From the IMG/VR virus record IMGVR_UViG_3300031949_000013, positions 30,012-94,011 of that record: a stretch of 64,000 nt of DNA; one strand, written 5' to 3'. A program made the position numbers and the translations under genes. Below are positions 18,889-29,427 of this stretch, piece after piece. The notes beneath the pieces are model-generated. The model did not search any database, was not told where the DNA came from, and saw nothing but the letters and a program-made list of their open reading frames with translations. This DNA is from a virus. The number at the start of each line of letters is the position of its first letter. The stretch's first letter is position 1.

Positions 18889-20218
18889 CCAGATGCAGCG
18901 TGTGCCCCTCCGAAAGAGATTGTGAACAGGTCGGGCACAGCCCGAGATCAGACCACTCACCCAGAGCAGTCGCTTCCTGGCCTTCTACTTCGGTCAGATT
19001 TTCTGTGAGCTTGGTCACCACCACCGAAAGCTCTTGATGCTTCTCGGTGAAAGACACCAGCTCTAGCAGACTGTCAATCCCCTGGATACCCTCACCCGGC
19101 CCTTCCGTCAATTCGACGACCTCTAGTTCCTCCGTGGTGGTCATCAGCATCTCGTACTGATCCGCAAAGAGGGTGAGCTGAAGCAAGGCATGAATCTCTT
19201 GAAGAGGGATTTCAGAAGGCTCGATGGTCTTCTCGACTTCCTTCCAACCTGAAAAGATGGCCTTGAAGGTGGCGATCTGGACCAGCCAGTCCTCAATCTG
19301 GACCAGTTTCTCCCCCACAACCTCCAAGGCTTCTGTCTCGGGCTCAGGAATCCCTTCCACCGGCTCTAGATCGGTCACAGCGGCCGTTTTCTCGGCCAGG
19401 ACGACCTCGTACTCCAGGATCACGTTCAAGCCAGTCTCCATGGCTTGAGCGGGTTCTAGGTCAGGGATAGCGACGGCATCCACCGGCTGAAGAGCCCGGA
19501 TCCCATGAGCTAGCTCCTGGAGCTTGGTGTGGAATTGCTCGACCTTAACCTTCTCCCGAACCTTCTCCTGGATGGTGTCGAACACCTCGCCCACCAACTT
19601 GGCCCTAGCGATCGGATCTTCCGAGCCTTTGTACAGGAGAAGACTGATTTGAAGATCCAGAACATCCTTCTCCCGGACCTTGAGTGTCGAGACAGCCTCT
19701 CGGCGATCTCGCTCTACTTCAGTCATAGCAGCGTTGATATCGTCGAGCTTGGCGACATCCGAGAGTACATCAGCAACGACCGTGCCGGATTGGTTCAACA
19801 GGAAAATGGGATCAAACTGTTCGGCAACCTGGACGAGTTGCTTCCGGTCACCGACCTTGACCAAAGAGAAGTCCTTGGCCAGAAAATCCGGGAGGCCCCG
19901 GTCCACCTTGCTGTAGACCTCCCCGTTGTGCGTATACCTGTTGATCTCGTCGCCCTTCTCCCAGAGGAGATCCATCCCTTCGGTCTGGATGTGTACCGAG
20001 CACTGGCAGCGACACTTCTTTGTGCCCCGGATACGCCGGGAGCAGTGCTCCCCATGACGAACGAAGTCAGTGCCGAGAGCGTTCGTCAGAGCGGCCTGGA
20101 CTGCCCTGACGACCGCACTCTTGCCGATGTTGGATCGACCGACCAACACGGTGAACCCGTCGATCGTGAAGGTGGTCTTCTCTATCGACTGGAAGCCCTG
20201 GATCTCTACCTCTAACAT
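18881..20218 (-). CDS. Rad50/SbcC N-terminal half (Walker A, coiled coil, terminal zinc hook)
   Basis: IQGFQSI, GRSNIGKSAV, CPTC hook 14 aa before stop; no Walker B. Confidence 0.85.
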   Translation of the reverse strand: MLEVEIQGFQSIEKTTFTIDGFTVLVGRSNIGKSAVVRAVQAALTNALGTDFVRHGEHCSRRIRGTKKCRCQCSVHIQTEGMDLLWEKGDEINRYTHNGEVYSKVDRGLPDFLAKDFSLVKVGDRKQLVQVAEQFDPIFLLNQSGTVVADVLSDVAKLDDINAAMTEVERDRREAVSTLKVREKDVLDLQISLLLYKGSEDPIARAKLVGEVFDTIQEKVREKVKVEQFHTKLQELAHGIRALQPVDAVAIPDLEPAQAMETGLNVILEYEVVLAEKTAAVTDLEPVEGIPEPETEALEVVGEKLVQIEDWLVQIATFKAIFSGWKEVEKTIEPSEIPLQEIHALLQLTLFADQYEMLMTTTEELEVVELTEGPGEGIQGIDSLLELVSFTEKHQELSVVVTKLTENLTEVEGQEATALGEWSDLGLCPTCSQSLSEGHTLHLDA

Positions 20219-21420
20219 CAGCCTTCCGAGTGTTCCAGCTCGACTTCCTGCTCGATGGCTTCAACTTCGGCATCACCATCGGGAGAGAAGTCTGCCATCA
20301 TGATGTCCTCGTCATCGACATCCTCATCTGGAGGCGCGATTTCCACCTTGAGGGCTTCGAGAAGCTTCTTTCGTAGCTCTTGTGTAGTCTTCTCATCCTT
20401 GGAGAGGAACGTGCGCAGAGCTTCTTTTCCTCGGTAGGTCTGACCGTTCAGCCCGAGGGAAGGCCCGTTCTTCGAAATGAGCTTGTTGTTGATCCCGCCT
20501 TCGATGAGGGAGTGAAGGTCATCGATCCCGAGGCCGAACCGGATGAAGATGTCAGCCGTGTAGCCCTGCTTACCATCGATCTTCGACTTGATGATCTTCA
20601 CCTGCGTGTGGTTGCCGTAGGGATAGCTCTTTTCCTTGCCGGTGATCCGATCTTTCTTTTTCCACACGTCGGACCGGATGCGGGTAAACCGCAACCGTAA
20701 GTATGCGAAGAACTTGAGCGCCTTACCACCCGTGGTGTTATCCTCGCCGCCACCGTAGCCGGTGTTTCCGATGAGGGCACGAGTCTGGTTGATGAAGACG
20801 AGAGCCGTGCCCTGAGGGTTCTCGGAGATCTCTTTCGTGAGCCAAACCACGATGCGAGGAAGGAACTTCGCAAAGGCCCGAGCACGATCACCAATCATGC
20901 TGGCCTTGTCGATATTCTTCTCCATCTCGTCCTTCGTCACCATGGAGGCCACCGAATCCACAACGATGAGGGATACGCCGGTCATGATGCCGATGTAGAT
21001 CATCTTAATGCCCTCTTCGAGGTTGTCGGGCTCGATGACCATGAGCGTCTTGTTGTCGAACTTCACACCGACTTTCTCGGCGTACTCATGGTGGAGGGCA
21101 TGCTCGAAATCGAGGAACATAGCGACCTCGCCACGCTTCTGGACTTCGGCGATGGCTTCGAGGGCCGCCGTTGTCTTCCCAGAGGACTCTGCCCCGAAGA
21201 TCTCCGTGACGCGACGCCTGGGATAACCAGGACACACTGGCTTCCCATCGGAGGCAAGACCGCCGCCGATGAGGTCATCGATGACGAAAGAACCTGACGG
21301 AACCGACGGAAGCGCCCCCTTGTGCTTCTCGACCGGCCTCTTCTTCGTACTCTTGAGAATTGCTGCGGCTGCCCTCTGATAGATTGCAGAACTGGTAGCG
21401 GGTTTCTTGGCGGCGGCCAT
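20218..21420 (-). CDS. recA: Recombinase RecA
   Basis: EIFGAESSGKTT, DFEHAL, VVDSVA, FINQTR, TTGGKALKFFA. Confidence 0.95.
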   Translation of the reverse strand: MAAAKKPATSSAIYQRAAAAILKSTKKRPVEKHKGALPSVPSGSFVIDDLIGGGLASDGKPVCPGYPRRRVTEIFGAESSGKTTAALEAIAEVQKRGEVAMFLDFEHALHHEYAEKVGVKFDNKTLMVIEPDNLEEGIKMIYIGIMTGVSLIVVDSVASMVTKDEMEKNIDKASMIGDRARAFAKFLPRIVVWLTKEISENPQGTALVFINQTRALIGNTGYGGGEDNTTGGKALKFFAYLRLRFTRIRSDVWKKKDRITGKEKSYPYGNHTQVKIIKSKIDGKQGYTADIFIRFGLGIDDLHSLIEGGINNKLISKNGPSLGLNGQTYRGKEALRTFLSKDEKTTQELRKKLLEALKVEIAPPDEDVDDEDIMMADFSPDGDAEVEAIEQEVELEHSEG

Positions 21421-22077
21421 TCAAACCTCCTGTGGAATCTGTGAAAAGCGGAAGAAGCGGGCATTCTCTCGGAATGCTAGACCGGTGATGATGGTCTTTC
21501 CGGCCTTTGCCCCCTTCGTGAACTTGTGGACCTTGTAGAAAGCATTCCTCTCCGACGGAACCAAGTCTTCTTCTGTCAGCTCGCCCCGGATGAACTCCCA
21601 AAACCGGGCAGTAAAGCGAGCGATATGGTAGGCGTCGGCTTCGTTGTGGTTGAATCGGCCCTTCAGGATCCCTGTGTCGATTCGAGCCGCCTCGACCATG
21701 TCTCGCTTGTCCATAGATCCCCGCCGGATGGTGGGATCCATCCGAACCAAGCGCTTGACTGTCTGGGGATCAAAGAACACAACATCCTTCCGATGCGAGT
21801 AGACCGCCTCACAGACGTACACGAAGAGGCCGTACAGACCTTCCGAGTAGGACTCACCGAAGGGAGGGGATTCCACCCCAACGGCTTCAATCTGCGGATA
21901 GGTTTCCAAGAGCTGTGACAGAAGTTCTCGAAGAACAATGTAGCGGGTGACGAAGATAGACTTCGAATCAGTGGCGTGATGACCTTTCACCACGACACGA
22001 TCAGGTCCAGCTACGTCCGAGCGATGGACACACCAGCCGAACCCGGCCAAGGACGGGTCGATGCCGAGCGTGATCAT
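21421..22077 (-). CDS. ruvC: RuvC-like Holliday junction resolvase
   Basis: MITLGIDPSLAGFGW, VGVESP, HNEADAYHIA; start shortened relative to ORF track. Confidence 0.85.
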   Translation of the reverse strand: MITLGIDPSLAGFGWCVHRSDVAGPDRVVVKGHHATDSKSIFVTRYIVLRELLSQLLETYPQIEAVGVESPPFGESYSEGLYGLFVYVCEAVYSHRKDVVFFDPQTVKRLVRMDPTIRRGSMDKRDMVEAARIDTGILKGRFNHNEADAYHIARFTARFWEFIRGELTEEDLVPSERNAFYKVHKFTKGAKAGKTIITGLAFRENARFFRFSQIPQEV

Positions 22078-22123
22078 TACAGGAAGAGGGGACCAGAAAG
22101 TCCCGGTCCCCTCTCCTTTCTGG

Positions 22124-23017
22124 TCACACCGAGCCGGAGTCGTCGAGAAGGGCGTCCATCTCGCTGGACACTTCTTCACCCTTGTTCCCGGTAGAGAGCC
22201 CCAGCTTGATCTGAAGATCCGCTGTGGACATCTCACGGAACGGGATGAGCTTCTCGTAGTACGTCGCGGCTCGCTCCAGCACACGACGCATCAGCTCCGG
22301 AGACTTCCGCCAGGTGGCTTTGCCTCCACCCGTGATCTTGAAGTTCTGAAAGTCGGCGTTCTCACACTTCAGAATGAGATCCTGATCAGCGATGGTGAGA
22401 TCGTTCGACCGAAGGCCCTTGTTCACAGACCAAATAGACTCGTAGTTCTTCGGCCCGAATCGCCACGGTAAAACGTGCCAGTCGTTCAAAATGCGATTCT
22501 TGTCCAGCTCGTCACCCTTGCGAGGCAGGTTGCCGTCCTTGTCGCACGGGTAGAAGAGAGCGACCGTCGAGAAATAGTTCTTCGGGTCTCCCATTCCCTT
22601 CCACGCGACGTCCGCCTCCGCTCCGTCCAGGCCCAGACGAGAGAGGACGTAGCCCACCCCGTCCTTGTAGTGAGCCACGAACTTGCGGAACTTCACCTGG
22701 TTGACTTCGAGCTTCTCCACAGGAGTCAGCTCGTCCACCTTCTTGTTCAAGGATGCCGCCTTCTTGGCAATCGCTTCCTTGGCGATCTTCTCGACGTCCT
22801 CGCTCGATAAGGTGGTGCCTGCCTTCTTGGCCACTTGCTTGGCCGTCGTCACTGCGCAGATATCGACAGTGTGGAAGTACACTAAGGCCACTCGGTAGCA
22901 GCGACCTTTGTCCCCCTTGAACCACTCGGTGCGGTTGGAGGTGCCATACTTCTTGTCCTCATCGGAGTCTACTCCGACGTCGTCCTCGTACTGGTCATAC
23001 ACATTGGATTCAGACAT
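22124..23017 (-). CDS. Putative single-stranded DNA-binding protein
   Basis: Aromatic-rich core, acidic C-terminal tail, position in recombination cluster (inference). Confidence 0.5.
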   Translation of the reverse strand: MSESNVYDQYEDDVGVDSDEDKKYGTSNRTEWFKGDKGRCYRVALVYFHTVDICAVTTAKQVAKKAGTTLSSEDVEKIAKEAIAKKAASLNKKVDELTPVEKLEVNQVKFRKFVAHYKDGVGYVLSRLGLDGAEADVAWKGMGDPKNYFSTVALFYPCDKDGNLPRKGDELDKNRILNDWHVLPWRFGPKNYESIWSVNKGLRSNDLTIADQDLILKCENADFQNFKITGGGKATWRKSPELMRRVLERAATYYEKLIPFREMSTADLQIKLGLSTGNKGEEVSSEMDALLDDSGSV

Positions 23018-23102
23018 GATTGTTGTGCCTTTCCTGCTATTTACAGGACGCCCCAGCCCTACAAATTTGAATATGGGTAGGTCAGAGTCGTCGAAAGCCC
23101 TT

Positions 23103-23963
23103 TTACACCGACTGCGCGTCATCGTCGAATAAATTTGAGAGGTCGTCACCATCGAGAAAACGGTCCAATTCAGGATCCCCGTCCCCCGTTGTTGTTGGGG
23201 TAGGAGCCGTCTCAACGGCAACCGCTTCGTCCACACCGTCGATGAGGTCCGAGAAGTCGTCTACCTCGGGAGCTGTCTTTTGGACTTCCAGGAGCTTTGC
23301 CTCTACGGCTACCTCAGCTTCCGGGGGCGGTGTCTCCTCCTCGGCAGCTATCTCCTCCTCGGCAGCTAAGGGATCCTGACCTGACAGGAGGATGTCATTC
23401 AGCTCCGTCATGCTTCTGTCGATCTCCTCCTCTGAGAGACCGCTGTTGGACGCTCCAGTCGTGCTTCCTCGTGATGTGCCGGACTCGTCTCCGTAGAACG
23501 AACCGGAGTCAATAGCATCACGTATCAGAGCACGCTGAGCCCGGATGTCGCTCATCGTGCTTTTCAGTTCGTTGTACCGATGTCGGACTGCCTTCTCGAC
23601 GTAGCCCAGATCGAGAAGCTGGCCTTCGAGTGTCTGGATTTCTGTCAGGCGGTCTCGAAGGATCAGGTTCACTGTGGACTTGCGGTCATCAATGTTCGGC
23701 TGACGACGCACACGATCGTCCTCAGCTAAGAGCCGGTCGGACTCAATCTGGAAGACTGCCTCCAGGCCATGTCTGACCCGGTCCAAGGTCTGGCGCTCCT
23801 GGAGGATTTCTTGAAGAATCAGACTCACCGTGTTGATGTAGCCACGAGTCAAGGAGATCATCTCGTGAATATGCTTCGGACCTAAAGACCAAGCATCCGC
23901 CGGCAGCTCCACGGAAAACTTGCCGATCTGGTCGTAAATCTCATCTACCCGCTTAGGTTCCAT
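23103..23963 (-). CDS. Coiled-coil protein with acidic tail (possible recombination mediator)
   Basis: 286 aa ORF. Confidence 0.55.
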   Translation of the reverse strand: MEPKRVDEIYDQIGKFSVELPADAWSLGPKHIHEMISLTRGYINTVSLILQEILQERQTLDRVRHGLEAVFQIESDRLLAEDDRVRRQPNIDDRKSTVNLILRDRLTEIQTLEGQLLDLGYVEKAVRHRYNELKSTMSDIRAQRALIRDAIDSGSFYGDESGTSRGSTTGASNSGLSEEEIDRSMTELNDILLSGQDPLAAEEEIAAEEETPPPEAEVAVEAKLLEVQKTAPEVDDFSDLIDGVDEAVAVETAPTPTTTGDGDPELDRFLDGDDLSNLFDDDAQSV

Positions 23964-26169
23964 GAGCTACCACTTCCGTCAGGTTGGGTGTCTCTACACC
24001 AGCGAGCTGAGCCGAGATTGTGTCGGCCAGCACCGTGTTACGAGTGACTACCTTGTCGTTCTTCACCGCTGTCAGAATCGCGGATTCCTCTCCCACGAGC
24101 CAGACTCTCTTCCTGGCCCTCGTCACTGCCGTGTAGAGCAGATTCCGCTGGAGCATCCGCCCCTGGGCCTTCACGATGGGCATGAGGATGGTATCGAACT
24201 CGTTGCCCTGGCTCTTGTGGACGGTCACGGTATAGGCCAGACGTAGCTTCTCCAAAGCGTCACTCTCAGTGAACTCCACGACTCCCTCTTCACGTCCTTC
24301 AGCACCGTAGATACGAACGAGCAAAGTGTCGTCGGGGGTCAAGCGAAGGAACTTGCCAACATCCCCATTGTAGACATTCAGTTCATAGTCGTTCTTCACG
24401 ACCATGAGACGGTCCCCTTCACGGAACAGAAGCGAGCCCTTCTTCCACTCAGCCTGGCTCGTGAGCGGATTCAGACGCTCACGGAGAAGGTCATTCAAGT
24501 TGTTGACTCCTACGACGCCATCGTACTTAGGGGACAAGACCTGGAAGTTGGCATCCTTGGCCTTGAGCCTTGAGGCCACCTCGACAATGAACTGGACAAT
24601 CTTCTCCTCGTCGCTGCACCGCACGAACTTGAACTCGGTCGCTGTCTTCGGATCCTCCAGGAGAGGCATTTCTCCTTGATTGATCCTATGTGAGTTTTGG
24701 ACGATGGCGCCTTTTGAAGACTGACGAAAAATCTGAGTGAGCTTGACGCTCGGAAGAGCCTGACAAGCCATCAGCTCCCGGATAACGCTACCCGGACCCA
24801 CCGACGGAAGCTGAGCTGAATCTCCCACCAGAACAATGATAGTGTCGTGACTCAAGGCGCTCAGGAGCCGGTAAAATAACTCCTGATCCACCATGGAGCA
24901 CTCGTCCACGATAACAGCATTCGTAGGGTACTGTCGTCCGCCGGACCCATATTCCCATTCGGAACCGTTGTACTTGAGCAGACGATGGATGGTTCCCGCT
25001 GGTCTTCCGGTCACCGCAGAAAGCCTCTTGGCGGCAATCCCGGTCGGAGCCATCAAGGTGTAGTTCAAACCATTCTTCTCGAACAGGTTGACGAAGGTTC
25101 GAATCACCATCGTCTTGCCCGTCCCGGGTAATCCGGTGAGAACCAGGATCCTCTGCTGGATAAGAATCTCGACGGCCTTCCGTTGAAGCTCTGACAGTTC
25201 GATACCGAAAGTCTGCTCGTATTCGTGCAAAAACTTTGCAGGGTCTACATCGAGACCCGAAGGCATGTGCATCTTAGCAAGAAGCCGGGCCGCATCCCGC
25301 TCGTATTGGTAGAACGTCGGCAAGTAAACCCCCACGTCGGGGTCTACAATGACGGACCGGTGACTCACGAGTTGGTCCACCGCTCTGATGCAACAGTCAT
25401 AGGAGATCTCACCGACTTCCAGATTACGTAGTCTCTCGGGGATGTCTCCCCGTCGAAGAAAGAGGTGTCCGTCGAGAGAAGCTTCCTGGAGTGCCCAGAG
25501 GATGGATCCACAGATTCTCCGAGGGTCATTCAGAGGTATACCCATCGTCACAGTGGCTAAGGTGTCAACCTTCTCGAAAGAGAAGCCTCGAATCTCCATC
25601 AGGCGGTATGGGTTTGAACGGATGATCGAGGAGGCGTCAAGACTGAACTTGGCCAGGATCGCTTGTTGATCAGTCGGGGTGAAGGTGTCATTCAGAAGGC
25701 TGCTCAAGTCCCGAGCCGAGAGCATTCTCTGCCAGCCCTCTACAGCTCCACGAATACTCTCCGGGGTGAGTCCCTCGAAGGTCTCAGCTAAGACCTCGCT
25801 CGGCTTGTTCGTGAGAACGTTGTAGGTCTCCAGGCCGTACTTCTCAATCAGTCGTCTGGAGACAGTGGGATCCGTGAAGCCTTCAACGCAGAGCTGTAAG
25901 AAAACCTCAATGTCCGAGTGAAACCTAGCCCAAGGCTCCCAGGTCTCGACCTTGAACTGGCGACCGAATTTCTTGTGATTGGTCCATCTACCGATCAAAC
26001 GCAACGGGACGTTGTACCGAAGTTGAATCAGCCCGGGTAAGAGGCCCTTGACTGCCGTGGCCCTGTCATTAAAGACAGAGTCCTCGACTTCGTGGACGTC
26101 AAAGTTGAAGATGAAAAAACCGTCTTTCGAAAAGGCGACCGAGTGGACATAGCCAGATAAGACGGACAT
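23953..26169 (-). CDS. recD2: RecD2-like SF1B helicase
   Basis: NPYRLMEIRGFSF HhH, GLPGTGKT, VDECSM, GDSAQLPSVG, TVHKSQG, YTAVTRAR. Confidence 0.93.
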   Translation of the reverse strand: MSVLSGYVHSVAFSKDGFFIFNFDVHEVEDSVFNDRATAVKGLLPGLIQLRYNVPLRLIGRWTNHKKFGRQFKVETWEPWARFHSDIEVFLQLCVEGFTDPTVSRRLIEKYGLETYNVLTNKPSEVLAETFEGLTPESIRGAVEGWQRMLSARDLSSLLNDTFTPTDQQAILAKFSLDASSIIRSNPYRLMEIRGFSFEKVDTLATVTMGIPLNDPRRICGSILWALQEASLDGHLFLRRGDIPERLRNLEVGEISYDCCIRAVDQLVSHRSVIVDPDVGVYLPTFYQYERDAARLLAKMHMPSGLDVDPAKFLHEYEQTFGIELSELQRKAVEILIQQRILVLTGLPGTGKTMVIRTFVNLFEKNGLNYTLMAPTGIAAKRLSAVTGRPAGTIHRLLKYNGSEWEYGSGGRQYPTNAVIVDECSMVDQELFYRLLSALSHDTIIVLVGDSAQLPSVGPGSVIRELMACQALPSVKLTQIFRQSSKGAIVQNSHRINQGEMPLLEDPKTATEFKFVRCSDEEKIVQFIVEVASRLKAKDANFQVLSPKYDGVVGVNNLNDLLRERLNPLTSQAEWKKGSLLFREGDRLMVVKNDYELNVYNGDVGKFLRLTPDDTLLVRIYGAEGREEGVVEFTESDALEKLRLAYTVTVHKSQGNEFDTILMPIVKAQGRMLQRNLLYTAVTRARKRVWLVGEESAILTAVKNDKVVTRNTVLADTISAQLAGVETPNLTEVVAHGT

Positions 26170-26426
26170 CAGGGAAATCCTCGCCAGGTAGCAAGAGACA
26201 GCATCGCTTCATGGGTTGTACCCTCAGTCTCCAAAGCACTGCTGTAGACCACTTGAAGTGCGGTCACGATAAAACTACTGGCGAGACTGCCACGGATACA
26301 GTAATCCAACACCTCCAAAATCTCGATAGCCCAGGGAGGGTCTGACCACTTCTCAATAAGAGGCTTCAGCGACACATCGAGTTGCGTCGTAGAGGACCCC
26401 AAGAGAAGATCACGGAGTTCGTTCAT
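26169..26426 (-). CDS. Hypothetical protein
   Basis: 85 aa, coupled overlaps. Confidence 0.55.
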   Translation of the reverse strand: MNELRDLLLGSSTTQLDVSLKPLIEKWSDPPWAIEILEVLDYCIRGSLASSFIVTALQVVYSSALETEGTTHEAMLSLATWRGFP

Positions 26427-27205
26427 TCCTCAACCATTCTGAGGAAGTCTTCTTCGGAGAGGCACACCGTTCCGTTCTTGCGAGCTGCAACAGCTTTCGA
26501 GCTGGTGGAGTTGGGGTCGGCGATCACGAGGTACGAGAGTCCTTTACCGACGGATCCTTTCACTCCACCGCCGGCCGCCACAACCATTGCCTCCAAGTCA
26601 CCTCGCTTCCGGACCATGCTCCCAGTGAAGCAGAAGGACTTCCCGGTGAGTGAACCTACGATCACGTCCTTGATCCGGACCCCCAGACCATGAAGCTCCT
26701 TGACCTGGCCGGCGTGATGCTGAAGCCAATTGGCCAGCGTCCGGGACTTCACCGGGCCGAGACCCGGAACCTTGCTCAGGGCAACGGCGTCGAGATTGCT
26801 CAACTTGGCCCAGGAATCATGGCCAGCATCCATGACCATCCGGATCGTTGAGGCTGCACAGCCTGGAATCGACAAGGCGCCCAGAAGGCTCTCCATCGGG
26901 ATGGGGTTCTTAGCCCAGAGAATCTTGAGCAACTTGTCGGCCACGTGATCAGAAATTCGGTCCACTTCAGCCAGGGCCGGGATGGTAAGCTTGTAGAGAT
27001 CGGGAACGGCCTTCACCTTACCCGAGGTGACCAGCTTTTCGATGAGAACTTCGCCCCATTCCTTGATGTCCAGGGACTTGATGTACCGCTCGATGCGTCC
27101 GACCGCCTGAGCAGAGCAATCAGCCGTGTTCGGGCAGATGAGGTACTCACCCTCCATCTCGGTCTCGGAGCCACAGACGGGGCACTGAGGGGGCGGGATC
27201 ACCAT
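26423..27205 (-). CDS. ligA: NAD-dependent DNA ligase C-terminal part (Zn finger, HhH, BRCT)
   Basis: CPVCGS...CPN..C, LDIKEWGE, ALSIPG, VPGLGPV, BRCT LTGKSFCFTG. Confidence 0.92.
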   Translation of the reverse strand: MVIPPPQCPVCGSETEMEGEYLICPNTADCSAQAVGRIERYIKSLDIKEWGEVLIEKLVTSGKVKAVPDLYKLTIPALAEVDRISDHVADKLLKILWAKNPIPMESLLGALSIPGCAASTIRMVMDAGHDSWAKLSNLDAVALSKVPGLGPVKSRTLANWLQHHAGQVKELHGLGVRIKDVIVGSLTGKSFCFTGSMVRKRGDLEAMVVAAGGGVKGSVGKGLSYLVIADPNSTSSKAVAARKNGTVCLSEEDFLRMVEE

Positions 27206-27984
27206 TGGTACACCTGGCCTGTGGGGTAGCAGTCAGGATCGTTTGGATCTACCCAAGGCTTTCCAGGGCCTCTCCAGGGACGAATACCCACTTGCATCTC
27301 CATGCCCTCCAAAGCTGTGGCATTCACCCAATTGGCATTCCACCCATGCCTATGCACGTAGTCATTGAGGGCATCCCGTTTAGCCGCAATCTTGGGCCAG
27401 GCCCACTTGAAGTCTGGCTTCACCTCCCAAAGCTCGTGAATGTTGCCGAGGAGGACCACCAGGAAGTCAGGCCAATAGTTTCGTTTCGCTCCGTCGAACA
27501 GGTACGGGATAGAAAGTGGTTCCACCTCGTAACGTAGAACGTGAGGGTGGAGGTCCAATACCTTTGCCACTCGCAGTTCCCACGATGAGCGCACCCACTG
27601 CTCTCCGAGAGACTTTGGGCTCGTTATCCAGCATCCCCGACCTATCCCACGAAGGCGCCCATCCCCCCAAGCACGAGTGACACCTTCGGAGATTCTACTT
27701 CTTACTTCGGGCGTTCGCTCATACTTCCCCGCGACGCCCACACCTTTTCCGGAGCGAGCCGCCGACATCTTCTGTATTGCCTCGGGGGTATGACCCACCC
27801 CACGAGTAGGATTGTGCTCTTGCATGAAGTTAGACTGCTTCAGTCGCATCTCGTCTGACTTGAGGTGAGCAAGGCCAAAACGGGATTTGAACTCAGCAGC
27901 CGTAGAAAACCCATGTTTGCGGATGTGGTCCGTCGTAATGAACTCAGTGACCACATGGCACACGGGGCAGGTCAACTTAGCCAT
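27199..27984 (-). mobile_element. Free-standing endonuclease (Zn finger + NUMOD3 + TnsA-like PD-(D/E)XK) splitting ligA
   Basis: MAKLTCPVC, HTPEAIQKMS and RTPEVRSRIS NUMOD3-like motifs, RSSWELR...YEVEP...YWPDFLV...EVKP. Confidence 0.82.
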
Positions 27985-29107
27985 TGACCCTCCCAAGAAT
28001 CTTGGGGATGACATCACCCCCACGAGCCAGTATGACTTGGCAGCCGATCTCCAGCCGGTGCTTCCGAATAAAAGCCACGTTGTACAATGAGGCGTGGTCA
28101 ATAGTTGCGCCAAGGAGATTTACTGGATCTACTACGGCCACTGGAGTAATCCGGCCTGAAGCCCCTACTTGCCACTCCACGGCTCTGAGAGTGGTAACTC
28201 GGGTAATAGGAGCGAACTTGAAGGCTACCGCCCCAAGTGGCCGACCATCCTTCTCCCCGAGGAAAAGTTGGAGATCAAGACGATTGATCCTGATCACTAG
28301 ACCATCTATGTCGTAGTCGAGGGAATCTCGGATGCTCTCCTGGTACTGTAGCCAGATCTGAGTGATAGCCGCCACACTGGAGACAGTTCCGTAGTTCGGG
28401 ACTTTGAAGCCCTGTGCTTTCAGCCATTCGAACTGAGCAAGCTCAGTACCGTGGCTGTGTGCCGTGGCATGGATCACATCACTCTCCAAGACGGAGTAGG
28501 TGATGACCGACAGGTGCTCCGAGCCTTTTCCGTCGTAGCGTTTGGAGACACCGGCTGCGGTGTTCCTGGTGTTGGCCTTATCAGGGAAGTGCTTGGCGAA
28601 GTCACTCTTGAACAGAACGATCTCCCCTCGGATGGATCCAGAGAAGCCTGGCACCTCCTGAACGAGACCCTTCATCTTCCGGACGTTCGGAGTGATGTCC
28701 TCGCCAACCAACCCGTCCCCACGGGTGAGAGCTTGAACGAACTTCCCCTCCTCATACCGGAGATGGATCGAGATACCATCGAGCTTCTCGGTCCAGAGCA
28801 AATGTTCCCAGGAAGGGTCCGTGACCGGAAGACCCGTCCCCTCTACCCATCGAAGAAGCTCTTCGGGGAGGTTCACCTTGTCCAGGGAACCCATTGGCAC
28901 TCCGTGGCTGACCTTGACCCATTCCGAAACCGCTGAAGCCCCGATAGCCTTGATCTCGGGAGAGTCCGGACGAAGCATTCGCAGCCGATCCCGGGAGGCA
29001 TCATAGACCTCGTCTGGAACCAACGAAATCCCCCGCTCGTAGGCCACTCGCCACTCGGCGAGCTTCACTTCCAGCTCGTCAGCTTCCTCTTCGTCGAATA
29101 CAAACAT
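27977..29107 (-). CDS. ligA: NAD-dependent DNA ligase N-terminal part (adenylation + OB domains)
   Basis: PMGSLDK, EKLDG, TRGDG..GEDIT, RNTAAG, DIDGLV, AFKF, RGGDVIPKI. Confidence 0.93.
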   Translation of the reverse strand: MFVFDEEEADELEVKLAEWRVAYERGISLVPDEVYDASRDRLRMLRPDSPEIKAIGASAVSEWVKVSHGVPMGSLDKVNLPEELLRWVEGTGLPVTDPSWEHLLWTEKLDGISIHLRYEEGKFVQALTRGDGLVGEDITPNVRKMKGLVQEVPGFSGSIRGEIVLFKSDFAKHFPDKANTRNTAAGVSKRYDGKGSEHLSVITYSVLESDVIHATAHSHGTELAQFEWLKAQGFKVPNYGTVSSVAAITQIWLQYQESIRDSLDYDIDGLVIRINRLDLQLFLGEKDGRPLGAVAFKFAPITRVTTLRAVEWQVGASGRITPVAVVDPVNLLGATIDHASLYNVAFIRKHRLEIGCQVILARGGDVIPKILGRVNG

Positions 29108-29154
29108 GGCTTCCAGGATGTTCAGGCACCCTGGATCAACCTACACCGGGAAGG

Positions 29155-29421
29155 TCAACTCCGCTTGATGTCGTCGGGATAAATCCCGAGCACCTGGCCG
29201 TTGCCTTGCTGTTCCACCATTTCGGCGATCTTTTGCAAGTTCTCGAAGGAAGCCAGAGTGAACCTGACTTCCTTTCCGTTGTACTTGGCCAGAATCTCCT
29301 GAATATCCATGACCACCGTACGGCCCTCAACATTCTCTGTCCGAATGACGTACCGGTCCGTCATAGGATCTTGTTCCACGATGCCTTCGATGAGGTGACC
29401 TAGAGTCGATGGATCGGGCAT
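29155..29421 (-). CDS. Hypothetical protein
   Basis: 88 aa ORF. Confidence 0.6.
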   Translation of the reverse strand: MPDPSTLGHLIEGIVEQDPMTDRYVIRTENVEGRTVVMDIQEILAKYNGKEVRFTLASFENLQKIAEMVEQQGNGQVLGIYPDDIKRS

Positions 29422-29427
29422 GATTCC

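Noticed and set aside
27199-27984. Group I intron or intein in ligA
   Set aside because: The ORF overlaps both ligase halves in other frames, leaving no non-coding intron core, and has no C...HN motifs
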